Of a DNA stretch of 64,000 nt, positions 51,501 to 64,000 are shown one piece after another. The stretch spans positions 744,001-808,000 of the forward strand of contig VJWM01000116.1 of NCBI GenBank assembly GCA_010909165.1. The letters run 5' to 3'. Each line of letters begins with the position of its first letter. Positions within the stretch are counted from its first letter, which is position 1. The notes beneath the pieces are model-generated. The model made no database searches, was not told the origin of the DNA, and saw only the letters and a list, made by a program, of their open reading frames with translations. A program made the translations under genes and the position numbers. Source of the stretch: Anthoceros angustus (taxonomy: Eukaryota > Plantae > Anthocerotophyta).

Positions 51501-52982
51501 TTGTGTGGACATGTGCATGCTCTAGGGTGAGGTCTTTGGGCGTGTGAGGGTGCTCTAGTGGGTGCCGAGGTGCGGCTCCTTTGATCATTCCTTGTGTGCA
51601 ATGTTACGTGAAGGACTTGAGCACGAATAATGCTCTTGTGTGCACATGTGCGTGCTAGGCTTGTGAGGTGGTGGCATTGTGATTTTGTTGGAGTGGGTGC
51701 CGATGTGCTTCTCCTTGTGTGCGGGGGCCGGAGTGAAGAACTTGAGCCGCGGTCTTGTGTGCACATGTGCAGGTTACTGTGGTCTTTGGGCGTGTGAGGT
51801 CTTGGCCTTGGAGTGGGTGCCGAGGTGCGGCTCCTTTGATCATTCCTTGTGTTCAATGTCACGTGAAGGACTTGAGCCGGCTTAATGCAAATGTGTGCAC
51901 ATGTGCGTGTACGGAGTGGGTCTTGAGGTGCTCGGTGTTGGAGTGACATGGCTTCCTCGATGAGGAGGAGACATTAGGCATCTCAAGGAATCAAAAGCGT
52001 GCCCTCAAAAACATGTTGAGTTGCCAGCGCGTGTGAGTCGAGCCTTGGAGGCGGTGCCAAAGTGGAAGCCCGCCTGGTCTTGGCATGAAGGAGACTACAA
52101 CTTGCGGGTGGAAGGAGTGGATGTTCGCCAAAGCAAGTTGCAGCAAGGTTTGAGGGAGGCATGGCCAGACGTGCTTACCCTCCGGTTTGGGGTAACAGAA
52201 TGCAATGATGCTTATGGGTGGAAGGGATCGATAAGTCGGACAAGGAGTGGAGAAACATCGGCGACTTGGTTTTCAAGATATCTGACAAGCGAGTTAGTCT
52301 GGCGAAGATCCCTAGGTTGATGGCCATTGGCATCCTTGTTGAGAAAAAGTTGCAGTCCAGTTGGTGGCCTATGCAAAAACTAATGAGGTAAAGGCCTCCA
52401 AGCACAAGAAATGTGAGGACATGGAGAAGGATAAGAAAGTGCACAAGGAGAAGGAGACCCTGGATCACATGGCCCTATGGCGAGGTCACAGAGCAAGGGA
52501 AGGGCAAGAAGGTCAAGAAGCCAGTGTCCTCGGACTCGAGGACAGTGATGAGGAGTGACGGTGGAGAGCAAGACCCAAATGAGGACTTGCATGCAGGCGT
52601 GAGCAAGAATGTATTCAAGAGGAGGTTGATGTCATAGCGGTGAGGAGGAGACAAGCAACCTTGCAGCAAGGTTTGAGGGAGGCGGAGGATGTAGAACCGA
52701 GACAGTGCAATGTCGGTGGGTTTTCCTTATAGTTTTAGATTCCTGCGGTTTAAGATTCACCGTGAGTGCTACCCTTAGGTCATGTGCTTTGCTTAGGACT
52801 GCAGGACTGCCTTGAGCCCAACTCATTTGGAAGGGTTTGTTCACGGTTTTCGCATCCATCACGTTTAAGGTTTGAGCTTGATTTATGTGAGCTTGCTCTT
52901 ATTGATTGCATAGAGGGAGCAACAAGCTTGACAAGTTCTTTGCTGGTTTTGACTTAGCCTCGATCTTGTAAAGTTCACTTAC
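48590..52982. repeat. Two ~2.2-kb tandem units, each a complex satellite array of ~110-120-bp monomers followed by ~1 kb of spacer
   Basis: Recurring gcacatgtgc / ccttggagtgggtgc / cctttgatcattccttgtgttcaatgtcacg / acttgagc motifs. 49720-50790 matches 51940-52982. Confidence 0.9.
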
Positions 52983-53164
52983 ATTTTGCTAATCAGTCGC
53001 TTTGTGTGAGCTTGGTGTTTTCGTGGATTCGAGATAGACTCTTGCGGTAGCTCAATTGTGAGGATTCTTCACGGGAGGGAGGGAGGGAGAGGGGCCTCAT
53101 GGGCATTCCGACATCTATCGTGCGGTTTGGCGGGGGCCACTTTGGGCACATCAACACCTAGTGG

Positions 53165-53765
53165 TGTCTTGTCATCATGTCACTTTGTGCACTGTGGGCA
53201 TTTGTTCATCTTGTCATGTCGTCGTCCTTGTCGATCCGTCATGCATGGCGGGTGGTGATACGGTGGCGTCTTGGAGTGTGGGTTTCTTGGCGTCGTGTAT
53301 TCACGGTGGAAGTGACATTTGTTCATCGTCATCATGTCACGTTGTGCACTGTAGGCATCTGTTCATCGTCATCGTGTCACGTTGTGCACTGTAGGCATCT
53401 GTTCATCGTCATCGTGTCACGTTGTGCACTGTAGGCATCTGTTCATCGTCATCATGTCACGTTGTGCACTGTAGGCATCTGTTCATCGTCATCATGTCAC
53501 GTTGTGCACCGTGGCAATTGTTCATCGTCATCATGTCACTTTGTGCACTTGTGGGCATTTGTTCATCGTCATCATGTCACGTTGTGCACACTGGGCATTT
53601 GTTCATCATCATCATGTCACGTTGTGCACTGTGGGCATTTCTCCTGCCGTCATGTTGTCATGGACATCTTTACAATTGATGCCATTGTTATTATGTGACA
53701 TTGTGGACACATGTGCAGCTATTCATCTTGTCATCATGTCACGTTGTGCACTGTGGGCACTTTCT
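53165..53765. repeat. 40-bp minisatellite (ttgttcatcgtcatcatgtcacgttgtgcactgtaggcat)n
   Basis: About 8 contiguous units at 53318-53640, plus degenerate flanking copies. Confidence 0.92.
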
Positions 53766-55978
53766 CATCTTGTCTTCTTGGGTGGCATGGTGGACATGTT
53801 AGCATTTCCTCAAGTTGTCGTGTGCACACTTGTTTTCGTGTGTAGGGATACGCTAGAGTTGCACACAAAGATCAAAAGCATCGGTGGAAGACCTCATCTC
53901 CTTGTCGAGCAAGAGACCGGTGTCGGTGATTGCAAGCGAGGAGACAAGCAACCTTGCAGCAGCAAAAATTGCTCTAGGGGAGCTCACAGAGCGCCCTTGG
54001 CGCAATCTGCTATAACAAGGAGGTGCGGTTATGTGGGCGGTCATCAACTTCATACTCACACGAGCGACCTAATTATGTTCCTTTGCGGTAGAAGATGCAC
54101 ATGTTGCTCGTGTCCGGGCACAATTGCGTGCGGTCACGCGGCGGACAATCGAGAGCCAACAACAAAAGCGTGGCCCTCCAACGGTGTCTGGCGGAGGATT
54201 TACATGATGCCTTTGGCGCATACATAGCTTGACGCTCAAGAAAGAAAGGACTCCTCAATGGATTCCAGCCCTTCTTACACTAGCGAATGTAGCCCTCCGG
54301 ATCACGAAGTCTGCGTGTGCACAGTACTTGCCGTATGCATGCCTTGTTTTGTGTCGAGATCTATTCCCATGCATCTAAGCAATGGTTTTGTGGTGCTATG
54401 TAGGGATTCGGATGCTATGACTTTGTTTTCCTCCCTTGTGGGCACTTTCACGATGTATGCCTCTACCAACACATCTTTGGTCGGTGACTGCCCCAATCGC
54501 TTGTTCTCTTCAAGTCCGGCACAGTGGTTGCGGGCCAAGGGTTGGCCATTCACTAGTGGAGTCCAACGGATGCACAGGGCGTGACCGAGGAGCAGAGCAT
54601 TATCATGGCTGCCTGCAAGAATTCCACATCATGGAGCACCGTTTGGAAGAATTGTTGGGGACTGGTGCTGCATAGGATAGTGCCCCTGGTGACTCACATA
54701 AGAAGGCAGTTCATGAGTCTCCTGGTTAGTAGTGCTCTAAGGTTGTTGCTTTGCATGGAAAAGCTATATACAGACCTTTGTGCTAACATCAATTCTGCTT
54801 GTCCCTAGGCACATATAGTAGGCTGCTGCCCTTGTCCTCGCTTGGCTTGAGGCGTTGATCACACCACCACGTGGGCAGCGGCCACCTATCCCAGCCCGAT
54901 TCGATTCGCCCTGTTGGCCAATGCACAACTATGTCATGGAGTCGCCAGATCTGGTGGTCCCGGTCTCAAACCGATTGAGTCCTGGTGAGGCACGCACTCG
55001 GTGTGGTGTATTTGGCCCACTCATGTGGCGATCCAGATGTCATGTTTGGGGTTGGCTCCTTTGGTTGATGCAGATGCCTCTCACGTGGCGACTTCTTTGT
55101 TTGCTGGCCCCAGTTTTTCAGTTCCACTCACTGACATGGGTCAGATTGGTGGTGGGCCACAAGGTGGGCACCCATGTGTGGCTGTTCAGCTCCAACAAGG
55201 CCAGCCTACAACTCAGTGTGTTGAAGATCGCAATGCGGCAGTGGAAGAGGATACCCAGGCAGTGGAAGAGGATACCCAGGCAGTGCAGGAGGATACCCAG
55301 GTTTTCTACACCGAGACTCAGGTCGTGCATGTGGACACCCACCTTGTGCATGATGATGAAACTCGTCACAAGAATGACACACTTGTGCGACGAACACGCA
55401 ACTGTAGAACTTGTGCCGTCGTGTGGAAGTGACCATGATGCGAACTAGAAGATGAGGTGGAGGTGCCCGGCAAGGATGGGGAGGACGTGACCACTATGGC
55501 GGTGGCTTTGCATCGGTATGGATGTGGCCACTTGTCTTTGGTGTTCCAATGGCCGATTCTCTGCTGGTGAAGCGGCCACTATGTGTCGAGCCACCAGGAA
55601 GTGGCTATTGTCATTCATAAGGATGCGGAGAAATCGCCACTTCGGCATCACAGAAGTGGTGGAGGTATCGGTGGACGTCGATCTTTGCGTAGAAAAGGCA
55701 AGCGGGCAGACTCGGAACTTTGAAAGCGGAAGGGTGCCTCAAGTCCGGAGACCAGGCGTCCCAAGAAAGCTTCACAAAGTGCCATGGTGGAACAACCGGG
55801 TTTGGAATTTGGTGCGTCACATGCGAGATAACTTCATGGTGCGTTCGAGGCACGGTAATAAAGAGAAAGTTCGTGGTATGTATTGCGTTGCAGAGCCCAT
55901 GGTCACATTAAATGCAAGCGAAGATCCAGTGGGGTGGTGAGATTTTGCGGCGGTGAAAAGGTTGTGAAAAGGTTACTA

Positions 55979-58366
55979 CTATGAGCGGTGCCCTCGACAA
56001 AAGTGCCTACCGACTCTGGATTCGAGGCCACGTGGTGACCCAATAATGCTTGGAGGCATCACGACCACGAAGTTTCCAATGGTAGCTATTCCGGGGCCAA
56101 TGAGAAGAACAAGAACACTCCAGCTTTTCGGCTCTCTGCTGGATATAGAACATGGTTGGATCAAGTTGTGGCGACATAGCGTAAAGGGAGGGTCCTGCAA
56201 AATATACATGGGCTTGCTTTGTTCTTAGTCCAGTGGTCACTTTTTGTCAAGGCTTGGAGACGTGTGTAGGATCTTGTGGATGGACAGATTAATGTGCAAG
56301 CATCCATAATTGGCATAGATGTGAATCCTTGCACTTTTGACAATCATGTTACTTGTGGGAGAATGCACTGGTTTTGTGGGTCTGTGAAGCAATTCTCCGT
56401 TTGTAGTTCTTAACGCGTTGGGAGGAAGCTACCGGTTGTAATTGCTCAATTACGAGCAAACCCGATTGCGCGAGAAAAGAGGGCCTCGGATGGTCTCAGC
56501 GTCTGAGCCGATCCGATTCAGCTCGTGGCACGGACACATATGCAATTCCAATGACACAGTTAGTTTAATGACACACGGCCATGTAGACATTTTGTGGGAG
56601 AACACACAACAAAAGGCTGACTCTGCAGAACCAGCTTTAACATGAAACCAAAGATCCAAAATATGCCACACCACCGATTTCACGCCACCCTCGTGGCCCA
56701 AAGTCGATGTAATGTACAATGCCACAAAATAAGCATCAAGGGATCGCTCCGCCATCCACCCATTGTCACACAACCTATCTAGTGTCGTGGATGTGCGAGC
56801 TAGCCAGACGGAAGGAACTTGTTGCCCGACCTCGGGTGGCGCCCTCAATCTATCACATCGCTGTCCTCCTCGCTTGAGTCCCCACGGAAGCATGCGGTGT
56901 GCCGCCGCGTCAACCCGACCACCTCCATGATGTGCGGCGTGCAGCGTGGAAGGCTTGGCATATGGGGCCACACCGATCTCGGACCTTCTTCCAGAGGCGT
57001 GCGTGCCTTGGCCCGTTCCATTCGATGCAAGTAGTGTGCGGCCAAGGTGACTAGGTGACTTTCATCATTGACAAATGGTGATACTCACCTCCGGCCAAGA
57101 GGGTGCCGGCCAGCTTGCCTAATCCGGCTTGAAGATTCCATGTCCCTCCCCACACCAACCACTCCTCCAAGTGCGCTTCCATTGCATACAAGAGCGAAGT
57201 CCGATCTCCACAAAGGACAAAGGCGGGCTAGCTTGCGTGGTCTGAAGTGCTTGCCGGCTTTAAATTGCCAATGCGGAGGCCACTCGTGTGCATAAGGCCA
57301 CGAAGGGTGGGTGACATGATTACTTTTGTAACATGCCCAAGTGTAAGGAAAGCAAGGCTGGATGGCCAATCAGCGATAGATTTTGAAAATTCGACCTCGA
57401 TCCTTTCAACGACGCGAACCGGCATAGGGGACCAAAGATTTGAGGCCAACGTGACCAAGAGTCCGACACGGCAAGAGTGCATGGAGTCGCTTTGTTTGCA
57501 ATGATTGAAAATGGGAAAACTAGGGCCATTTACCCGGAGATAAAGAATTTCACAACAAGCCGGTGACGATGAAGTCAGCGAGAAGCAATGTCAAACACAT
57601 CCACAAAGTTCTTAACGCCGGCTTCATGCTTGCTATAGCCCACTACAACTTCTCGAAGCGTGTTGCGGTGTCTTCAAGGACAACACATGAACTTGAAACC
57701 ACGGGGGTATGCTTACCACCCGCGCCTCTTTCGAGTTTTCAAACCTATTTGTTATTGCCGTTAGAACCTTCAACATGTGGACAACCAACCTCTTGCTGGT
57801 CGTGGTTGCCCAAGTCACCCAGCCTCCCGAGTCATAGGCATTGTCTGTTTAGCGGATGCGGCACCAATGTTTGAATTTTGTCCAGAACTCCTTTTGCACC
57901 TTGAACGCTCGAAGCTAGTAACCTTGAATGTCATGCTCCAACTTGAATTTGCACATAGGCGCTGCGGCTTATGCGTCACGACACCCACCTCGGCCTCAAG
58001 CATGCTCGATCCTGCGGCACGGCTGTGCCTTGCAGAAATTCTAACGTGCCTTCATTAGCATTCCTACAGTCCAGCAGATACCCCAACTCCCAAGTCTGGA
58101 TCGGCTGCTTTGAAAGATCCAAAGGATACAAGCTTGACATTCCAACCGGAAGCGGAATCACAACATGCACAGCCTGCCCCGTGCCAGTCCTTACAGAACC
58201 ACTGCGTTATCCTCATCAAGCACAAACGTAGACAGCGAATACCGAAAAGCATCCTCCTCACATTCAACGTCTTCAGAGGTCTGGGGCAGAAGGTGAGTAG
58301 ACACTTCTGGCCAGCTGCTGTCACGTACGTCTCCCCTCCAGAACTCCCAGAAGTTTGGTTTGCCAT
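55979..58366 (-). pseudogene. Degenerate Cys/His-rich coding relic, probably an accessory gene of the large transposon
   Basis: Start MANQTSGSSGG at 58366, then fragmented frames with CKDWHGAGCACCD and GWMAERSLDAYF; many stops. Family not recognised. Confidence 0.3.
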
Positions 58367-58514
58367 GGACCCTCCACGCCCGCCCCGGTGTGAATGAAGA
58401 GTCCTCCGTAACACCGCCCGCACTAACAACGCCGCACTCACGGACTGTCCGTCAAAATAAGCCGGTAAGAAGGATTGTGAGAAAGCGTCTCGGGAGTAAC
58501 CTAACAAGCGGGCG

Positions 58515-59010
58515 ACCACATCACATCCCCATCCATCCCCATCCCCACATCCCCACATCCCCATCCCCACATCCCCACACATCCCCATCCCCACATCCCA
58601 CATCCCATCCCACATCCCACATCCCCATCCCCACATCACATCCCCACATCCCACATCCCATCCACATCCCATCCCACATCCCCATCCCCACATCCCCACA
58701 TCCCCACATCCCCATCCCCACATCCCCACATCCCCATCCCCACATCCCACATACCCACATCCCATCCCCATCACATCCCCATCCCACATCCCCATCCCCA
58801 TCCATCCCCATCCCATCCCACATCCCACATCCCACATCCCACATACCCACATACCCACATACCCACATCCCCACATCCCACATCCCACATCCCCATCCCC
58901 ACATCCCCACATCCCACATCCCACATCCCATCCCATCCCACATCCCCACATCCCCACATACCCACATACCCACATACCCACATACCCACATACCACATAC
59001 CACATACCCC
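58515..59010. repeat. ~490-bp compound microsatellite (CCCACAT/CCCCAT/CCCACATA)n
   Basis: Direct inspection; no G on the + strand across the tract. Confidence 0.97.
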
Positions 59011-59059
59011 TGAGTTTTATCAAACTTGAGCTCCACTCCGACGCATCTATTAGGGCAGC

Positions 59060-59592
59060 GAACAGATATCGACAAAGCAGTTATAGCACGAATTTGGGTC
59101 ACAAGTCTTTAGAGCCAAAACATTTTGTGAACACCTGCTTGCAAATCTGCGGTGACAACATAGTCTAGTAAACTCGGCACCCGAAGCAGGTGACAACATA
59201 GCAGATCACAAGCCGGAGCAATGTGAAAATAGAAACCTTGGGGCGACGCATTAATTCGTTGTCCTCCTCGCGATGCAGTGTTCATCCAATCGGGTTGTGC
59301 TCATCTCAAGACTGAGAATGAACATGATCTATCGAACGAAACATATATCGGAAAAGACGTTATAGCACGAATTTGGGTCACAAGTCTTGAGCCAAAACAT
59401 GTTGTAACGGTACCGACCTTGCAAAGCCTAGTGACAACACGTCTAGTAAACTCGGCACCCGAAGCAGGTGACAACATAGATCGATAACGCGGCCCGAACA
59501 ATGTGAAAATAAGCCGGGCACGGCGGCTGCATTAATTCGTTGTCCTCCTCGCGATGCAGTGTTCATCGAATCGGGTTGTGCTCATCTCAAGA
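59060..59592. repeat. Two ~280-bp tandem units
   Basis: gttatagcacgaatttgggtcacaagtct at ~59080 and ~59359; gtgctcatctcaagac ends both units. Confidence 0.85.
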
Positions 59593-59651
59593 CCACGATT
59601 GATCATGAACCACCAGAACTACAGCTTCCCTGGTAAGAGTACTCACCTTCC

Positions 59652-62600
59652 TCAATTGCTTTCATAGACATAGGCAGTGACTTGTTCCTGGGCTTCGGTG
59701 GTTAGCCTATATAGCTGGACTTCTCCATCGTGCCCATGTGGTGCCATTGTGAACTTGCATGTCTGAACAATTTGAGCTGGCAAAATGCATTCCTCCAGAT
59801 CCCAAGGCAAGCTATACACAGACTCGGGCAAATGCTTTTCCAACATATAGTATTGTCCGACAACCACCTCCTCCCACTGGAATTCTCTTTTACTCCAAGG
59901 GCAATACCGAGACTCCGATGCGTGTGCTTGGCCTTAGTGCAAGTCAGTAAAAATCCAGCCCTTCATCTGCGGGGTGCCAAGGAAGTTATCTCCAACTTCC
60001 AAGATATCGCCATCTCGAGACATCATCAACATCATCATCCTCACCGCTTCAATTGTTGGAAGTGCACGATCAGCAATCATCAGTGCAGGGACTTGCTGGT
60101 CAACCGCTTGTCGTGTTTGTCTGGGGCCAGCAGCCTGTCCATGAGGTGTGATTCGCACTGACCTCCAAAAGCCAGCATGAGGCACCATTTCACACGCTGA
60201 ATGGTTGCTCTCCATACACTCTGCACAGAAACATGCAAGGCTCCGCATTCGCAATTGCGTGGGGTCATGCATGTCACAACCATACAGGCTGTGCATTTGC
60301 TTGGATCCAGGTATGGGGTCACAACCAAATTTGTTTCGGCGGTTTACCTCTGTCTTTCCAATGAGCCAAAACTTCGTGAACGCATGATCAGACTTGCATA
60401 AGAGCTGGCTGCAAGAGAGATGTTTTGCAGTACTCCACCACATCTGCAGCATTTTCCATCCCGCCAGCGGAGGGGGCGACTCTCGCGAGCACGCTTCAAG
60501 ATGGCACTGCACCATCGTGCTCCCCTTCCGTGCCCACTTCCAAAATAAGACCAAAGCATGTTGCACCCACCGTGATGCTAGGATACCGAGCAATGAAGTA
60601 GCTAGGTCGACACGCTTTGAATTGGCTAGCCGCCCCATCCGACCAGCACCGTGTTCTCGAGGTTGAGGGAATCCGCATCCGCATCCCGCCGCTTTTGTAA
60701 GCAGTGTTGCACAAATAGAGTGTCATGGACCATGTCATCGCTAATATAAAAGTGATAGTACTTCTCAATTGATGCGCCAGGTCCTCTGCATCAACAGGCC
60801 ATTGCGCTGTAAAACCAACACCAAAATAGTAACTGGTCGTTACGCTGCATGGATTGAATCTCATTCGGACCCCAAATGCATAGTTCGAGCAAAATCGAGC
60901 ATGAACCACAACATCCTGGGAACCATTCGAGACAATGTCGAACTCTATCCCCGCCACACTGGATATAATCATGAAATGAAACTCCTTCAGCCTTACCTTG
61001 GATACTCCACAAACACGGAAGGATGTGTTTCCCTAAACACTAGTTTGATCCTTTTCTTGTCGTTGCCATGATCCTTTCCGACTACGATATTGAAAACAGG
61101 CCACTTAAGAACAACATTTGCACGAATATCCAAACATGTCTCGAAGGCGGAAGGAAGTGTGTTGACACCACACTGTCACATGTTCCTAGCAAGCATGCTG
61201 TGAATGCCAGATCCTCACCCTTTGCACAAAGAACACGCTCACATAGTGTCTGGTGAAGCCAAACAAGTGGAGGCGTTACAATGAAGCTCTTGAGCCAAAG
61301 GATGAGCACACACAGCAGAACAATGACACACACGGTGAACCACAGGCTGCCGGAGGTTATTGAAGGCATCTTTAAGGAACGCCATTTCCACATGGTAAAA
61401 TAAAGAGATTGCGCTCTTGCAAGCTCTTAACAAAGAACGGCTTCAACTTCTCGAATGACCGTTGCCCAACTTGTATTTCCGGGTGTTCTTGGCGAAGGTA
61501 GAACTCTGCACATGTCACGAAGAACACACCAATCACCTAAGAAACCTCTGGTAAAAGCAACACCAAACCCACAATGGAGGCCACATGGAGTCGCAGATCA
61601 TATGTGAGCATAGGACATTGGGGTCAAACATGCAAGCTTGGGTCCCGGTGGCGTAACCACACAAACATGTAACACACTCGGTTCATTTGTCTACATTTTG
61701 GCGGCATAGCGAGTCACCACTTAGTTGCCCAATAGGAAGACACCCTACGGTTGTATGAGGAAGGAAACACAAGCAGGTTAGAAGGACCCAAGACACGTCC
61801 TTCAGATCAGCAACAACCTAGACACAAATCTCGAAACCTAGCAAGTCAGACAATTCCACACATACCTGTGACATGTCCAGAAAGTGCATGATATGTTTGA
61901 TGAACGTTTTCGGTGCTATTCGCAACCGCTTGGTATCTTTTGTGTTGGATGAAGGACGGGAAGCTGATTCCCAAAAGTGGACGATGGTGGCCTTAACATG
62001 TGGCGAAAGGATATCGATCTTGATCTCCTTCCATCACCCAACCAGATCTCACGAGGCATGCCCTCCCGCCTTGTGCTTAGAGCTCGATGGATCCGCCTCC
62101 GACTCCAATGTGGTGGGAAAGCGTAGCAACAAGGTGATTGTCTTGGAGATCTTGAGATAAAATGACGTTGAGCAGGTGTTCCTTGCTCAAATGGTCTCCA
62201 ACTTGAATCGCCTTCAAGTTTGTGCAAGCCTCACGCACATTCTTCAACAACAATGCTCCTAGTTGGATCTCTTTTGCATCCTTTGTAGGGCCTATACAAC
62301 TTGAGAAGTGGTAGGTGACTAAACACCTCCAAGATGTCTCTCGACTTTCTGCCGTGTATGCGTGAGGCATAAAAGCGATTGGCTAGTGTCGAGCCACTTC
62401 TTGTTCGGCCGAGCATTCCCTAATACGGTGGCTGCAAGAGCCGCCGCTCTCTATGTACACTGCAGGTTGATGTTTTGACGCCTCTCCTTCAACTCTCCCG
62501 GAAGGAGCATCCTCCCCTACTCTCCTTGGCGCTGCTGGAGGACGTGACTCCTCGTTTAACATCTGCTCCTGTCCACCTCCAGGATGTATCCCTGCCCTTC

Positions 62601-62730
62601 TTCTTCCCACACCCTGGACACCAGCTTCACGTGAAGCACCTTCAGCTGTTAGTGCTTCCGCCTGCCGTTCGCGCTGACGACGTTTGGCTGCTGCCCATCG
62701 ACTCCGTTGTTGGGAAGGTGACCGAGCCAT
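59652..62730 (-). mobile_element. Degenerate DDE DNA transposase, Sola2-like
   Basis: Fragments in expected order: Cys/His cluster (FYHVE..VCHC..C), NYAF..NEIQSM, WSDGAASQFK, WSYFGSGHG+GEHDGA across a frameshift, LACFCAECM..C. Multiple stops and frameshifts. Confidence 0.7.
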
Positions 62731-63699
62731 AGCACCGTCCCAAAAACAGCCAAGGGTTTGCAGGCACCACCTCCAACGCCACGGCACTATCCACCGTATT
62801 TGAAGCAGCACACCGCCCCCGCACTATCCACCAACCCAGCGCCGCGGACCTACTTGCAACTTGTAGCGCCGTCCGAACCTGATCCGCTCCTTCCACCACG
62901 TCCTGCACATGTAGCCACAGCTTGTCACGATTACCAGCCCTGAGTTCAAGTTTGAGCTCACGGAGCTTGTCACGATTACCACCTAGCCTCTGAGTTCAAG
63001 ATGAGCTCTACTACCTAGGTCATTTGCCCCTGGTATACCACGTACTCGATCCACGCACACAATGATATTCTATGTTGATTATTAAACTCGGAGCATTTCG
63101 AAGGCAGCGCGTTGGCGGGCCCGTTCCTGGGCCACGAGTTCGTGAAATGAAGCGGCAAAAGGCCAGCTATGTGGGGACATTGTCCTTAAACCACCTGAAT
63201 TTTTTTAAAGCATATTTTAATATACCATTCTTTATTAAATTTTAATCCTAGATAAAAATAGACATGACTATAACATGTAAAAAAAATCAGATAAATTGGA
63301 AAAGAAATGAATTTTTCATAATTGTAAACATTGCGTGAGGACAAATTAAGAGCGTTTCAACCGTTTCTAACTAAAGTGAGCACCCAACCATGCTTATACC
63401 CCATGATGACTTAGCTTATGTATATTTTACATGTCTCATCGTTTCATATTGCTCATTTGTTTCATGATGGCTTGTGTTATAAGTACTTTTACATATATGT
63501 CTCCAAGACGGCTAGGAATCAATGAGTGCTAGCACAACATTACATATGTAAGTTCAACTGCTTTCTTTTTTTATGTGAATAAATGGAGTATTTACATTCC
63601 ACTCATGGCCCCAAAGAAGCTTACAAGGCGGAAATAATAGGCTAGAAGTCTCAAGAGACCTAACAACAGGCTAGAAGTCTCGGGGACCTTACAATAGAA

Positions 63700-64000
63700 G
63701 TATCGTGGAACTTTACGGGGAGGGCGCCGGCCGGCACCCTCACTAGCCCGTATGCCCTACGGGTGCGTGGATAGGAGGGGTCTGGTGGTGCGCACAGAGG
63801 GAGGGCGCCGGTGCCCTCCCTCCACACGCACCTCGGTGGGCCCACGGTGGTGTTTGAGGCGGCGCCCGGCCGGCCCGCCAGGCGAGCATCACCTGCTTGC
63901 CCACCCCACGGGTGGCAGGAGGCGCCGGCCGGCCGGCGCCTCCCTCCATGCGCCACTTGTCGATGGGCGACGGTGGTGCGCGGCGGCCGGCCGGCGCCTC
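63700..64000. repeat. GC-rich palindromic (GGCGCCGGCCGGC..) repeat block, probable subterminal region of the transposon; homologous to 45870-46131
   Basis: Shared modules such as cggtgggccc..ggtggtgtttgaggcg, and cactagcccgtatgccc in inverted orientation. Confidence 0.65.

Noticed and set aside
48296-52957. Numerous short ORFs in the satellite region
   Set aside because: Repetitive translations of the tandem array with no coherent domain.
53165-53765. Regular 40-bp repeats resembling a CRISPR array
   Set aside because: Units are contiguous with no unique spacers, there are no cas genes and the context is eukaryotic; it is a minisatellite.
56700-56800. Ulp1-protease-like GWMAERSLDAYF motif
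   Set aside because: No downstream catalytic His/Asp/Cys motifs could be read; insufficient to call.
58515-59010. Interstitial telomeric repeat
   Set aside because: Units are CCCACAT/CCCCAT, not the plant CCCTAAA repeat.
58064-59102. Long His/Pro-rich and Gly/Trp/Met/Cys-rich ORFs
   Set aside because: They are translations of a stop-free microsatellite.

Overview
Eukaryotic land-plant nuclear DNA with compact genes and short introns. It is most likely a hornwort (Anthoceros-like), inferred mainly from a GRP-type DYW:KP PPR gene. 1-14.1 kb is gene-dense: 3' part of CTR9/VIP6, a conserved unknown plastid-type protein, an aldo-keto reductase with a decayed upstream duplicate, a conserved plant membrane protein, CHID1 (GH18) and COX6A. 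14.3-38.5 kb is a rearranged cluster of secreted single-DUF26 ginkbilobin-2-like genes. It also holds a PLS-PPR-E-DYW:KP(GRP) putative U-to-C RNA-editing factor with an N-terminal OSB-type PDF motif, TE relics, and nested near-identical duplications whose junctions show microhomology; some of these may be long-read assembly artefacts. 38.8-43.1 kb is TIC100. 43.6-64 kb is TE/repeat DNA: a TIR element, a MITE, higher-order satellites, a (CCCACAT/CCCCAT)n tract and a large degenerate Sola2-like DDE transposon. The best candidate for an under-described system is the PDF-PPR-DYW:KP fusion. All calls come from reading the sequence and recalled motifs; no searches were run.
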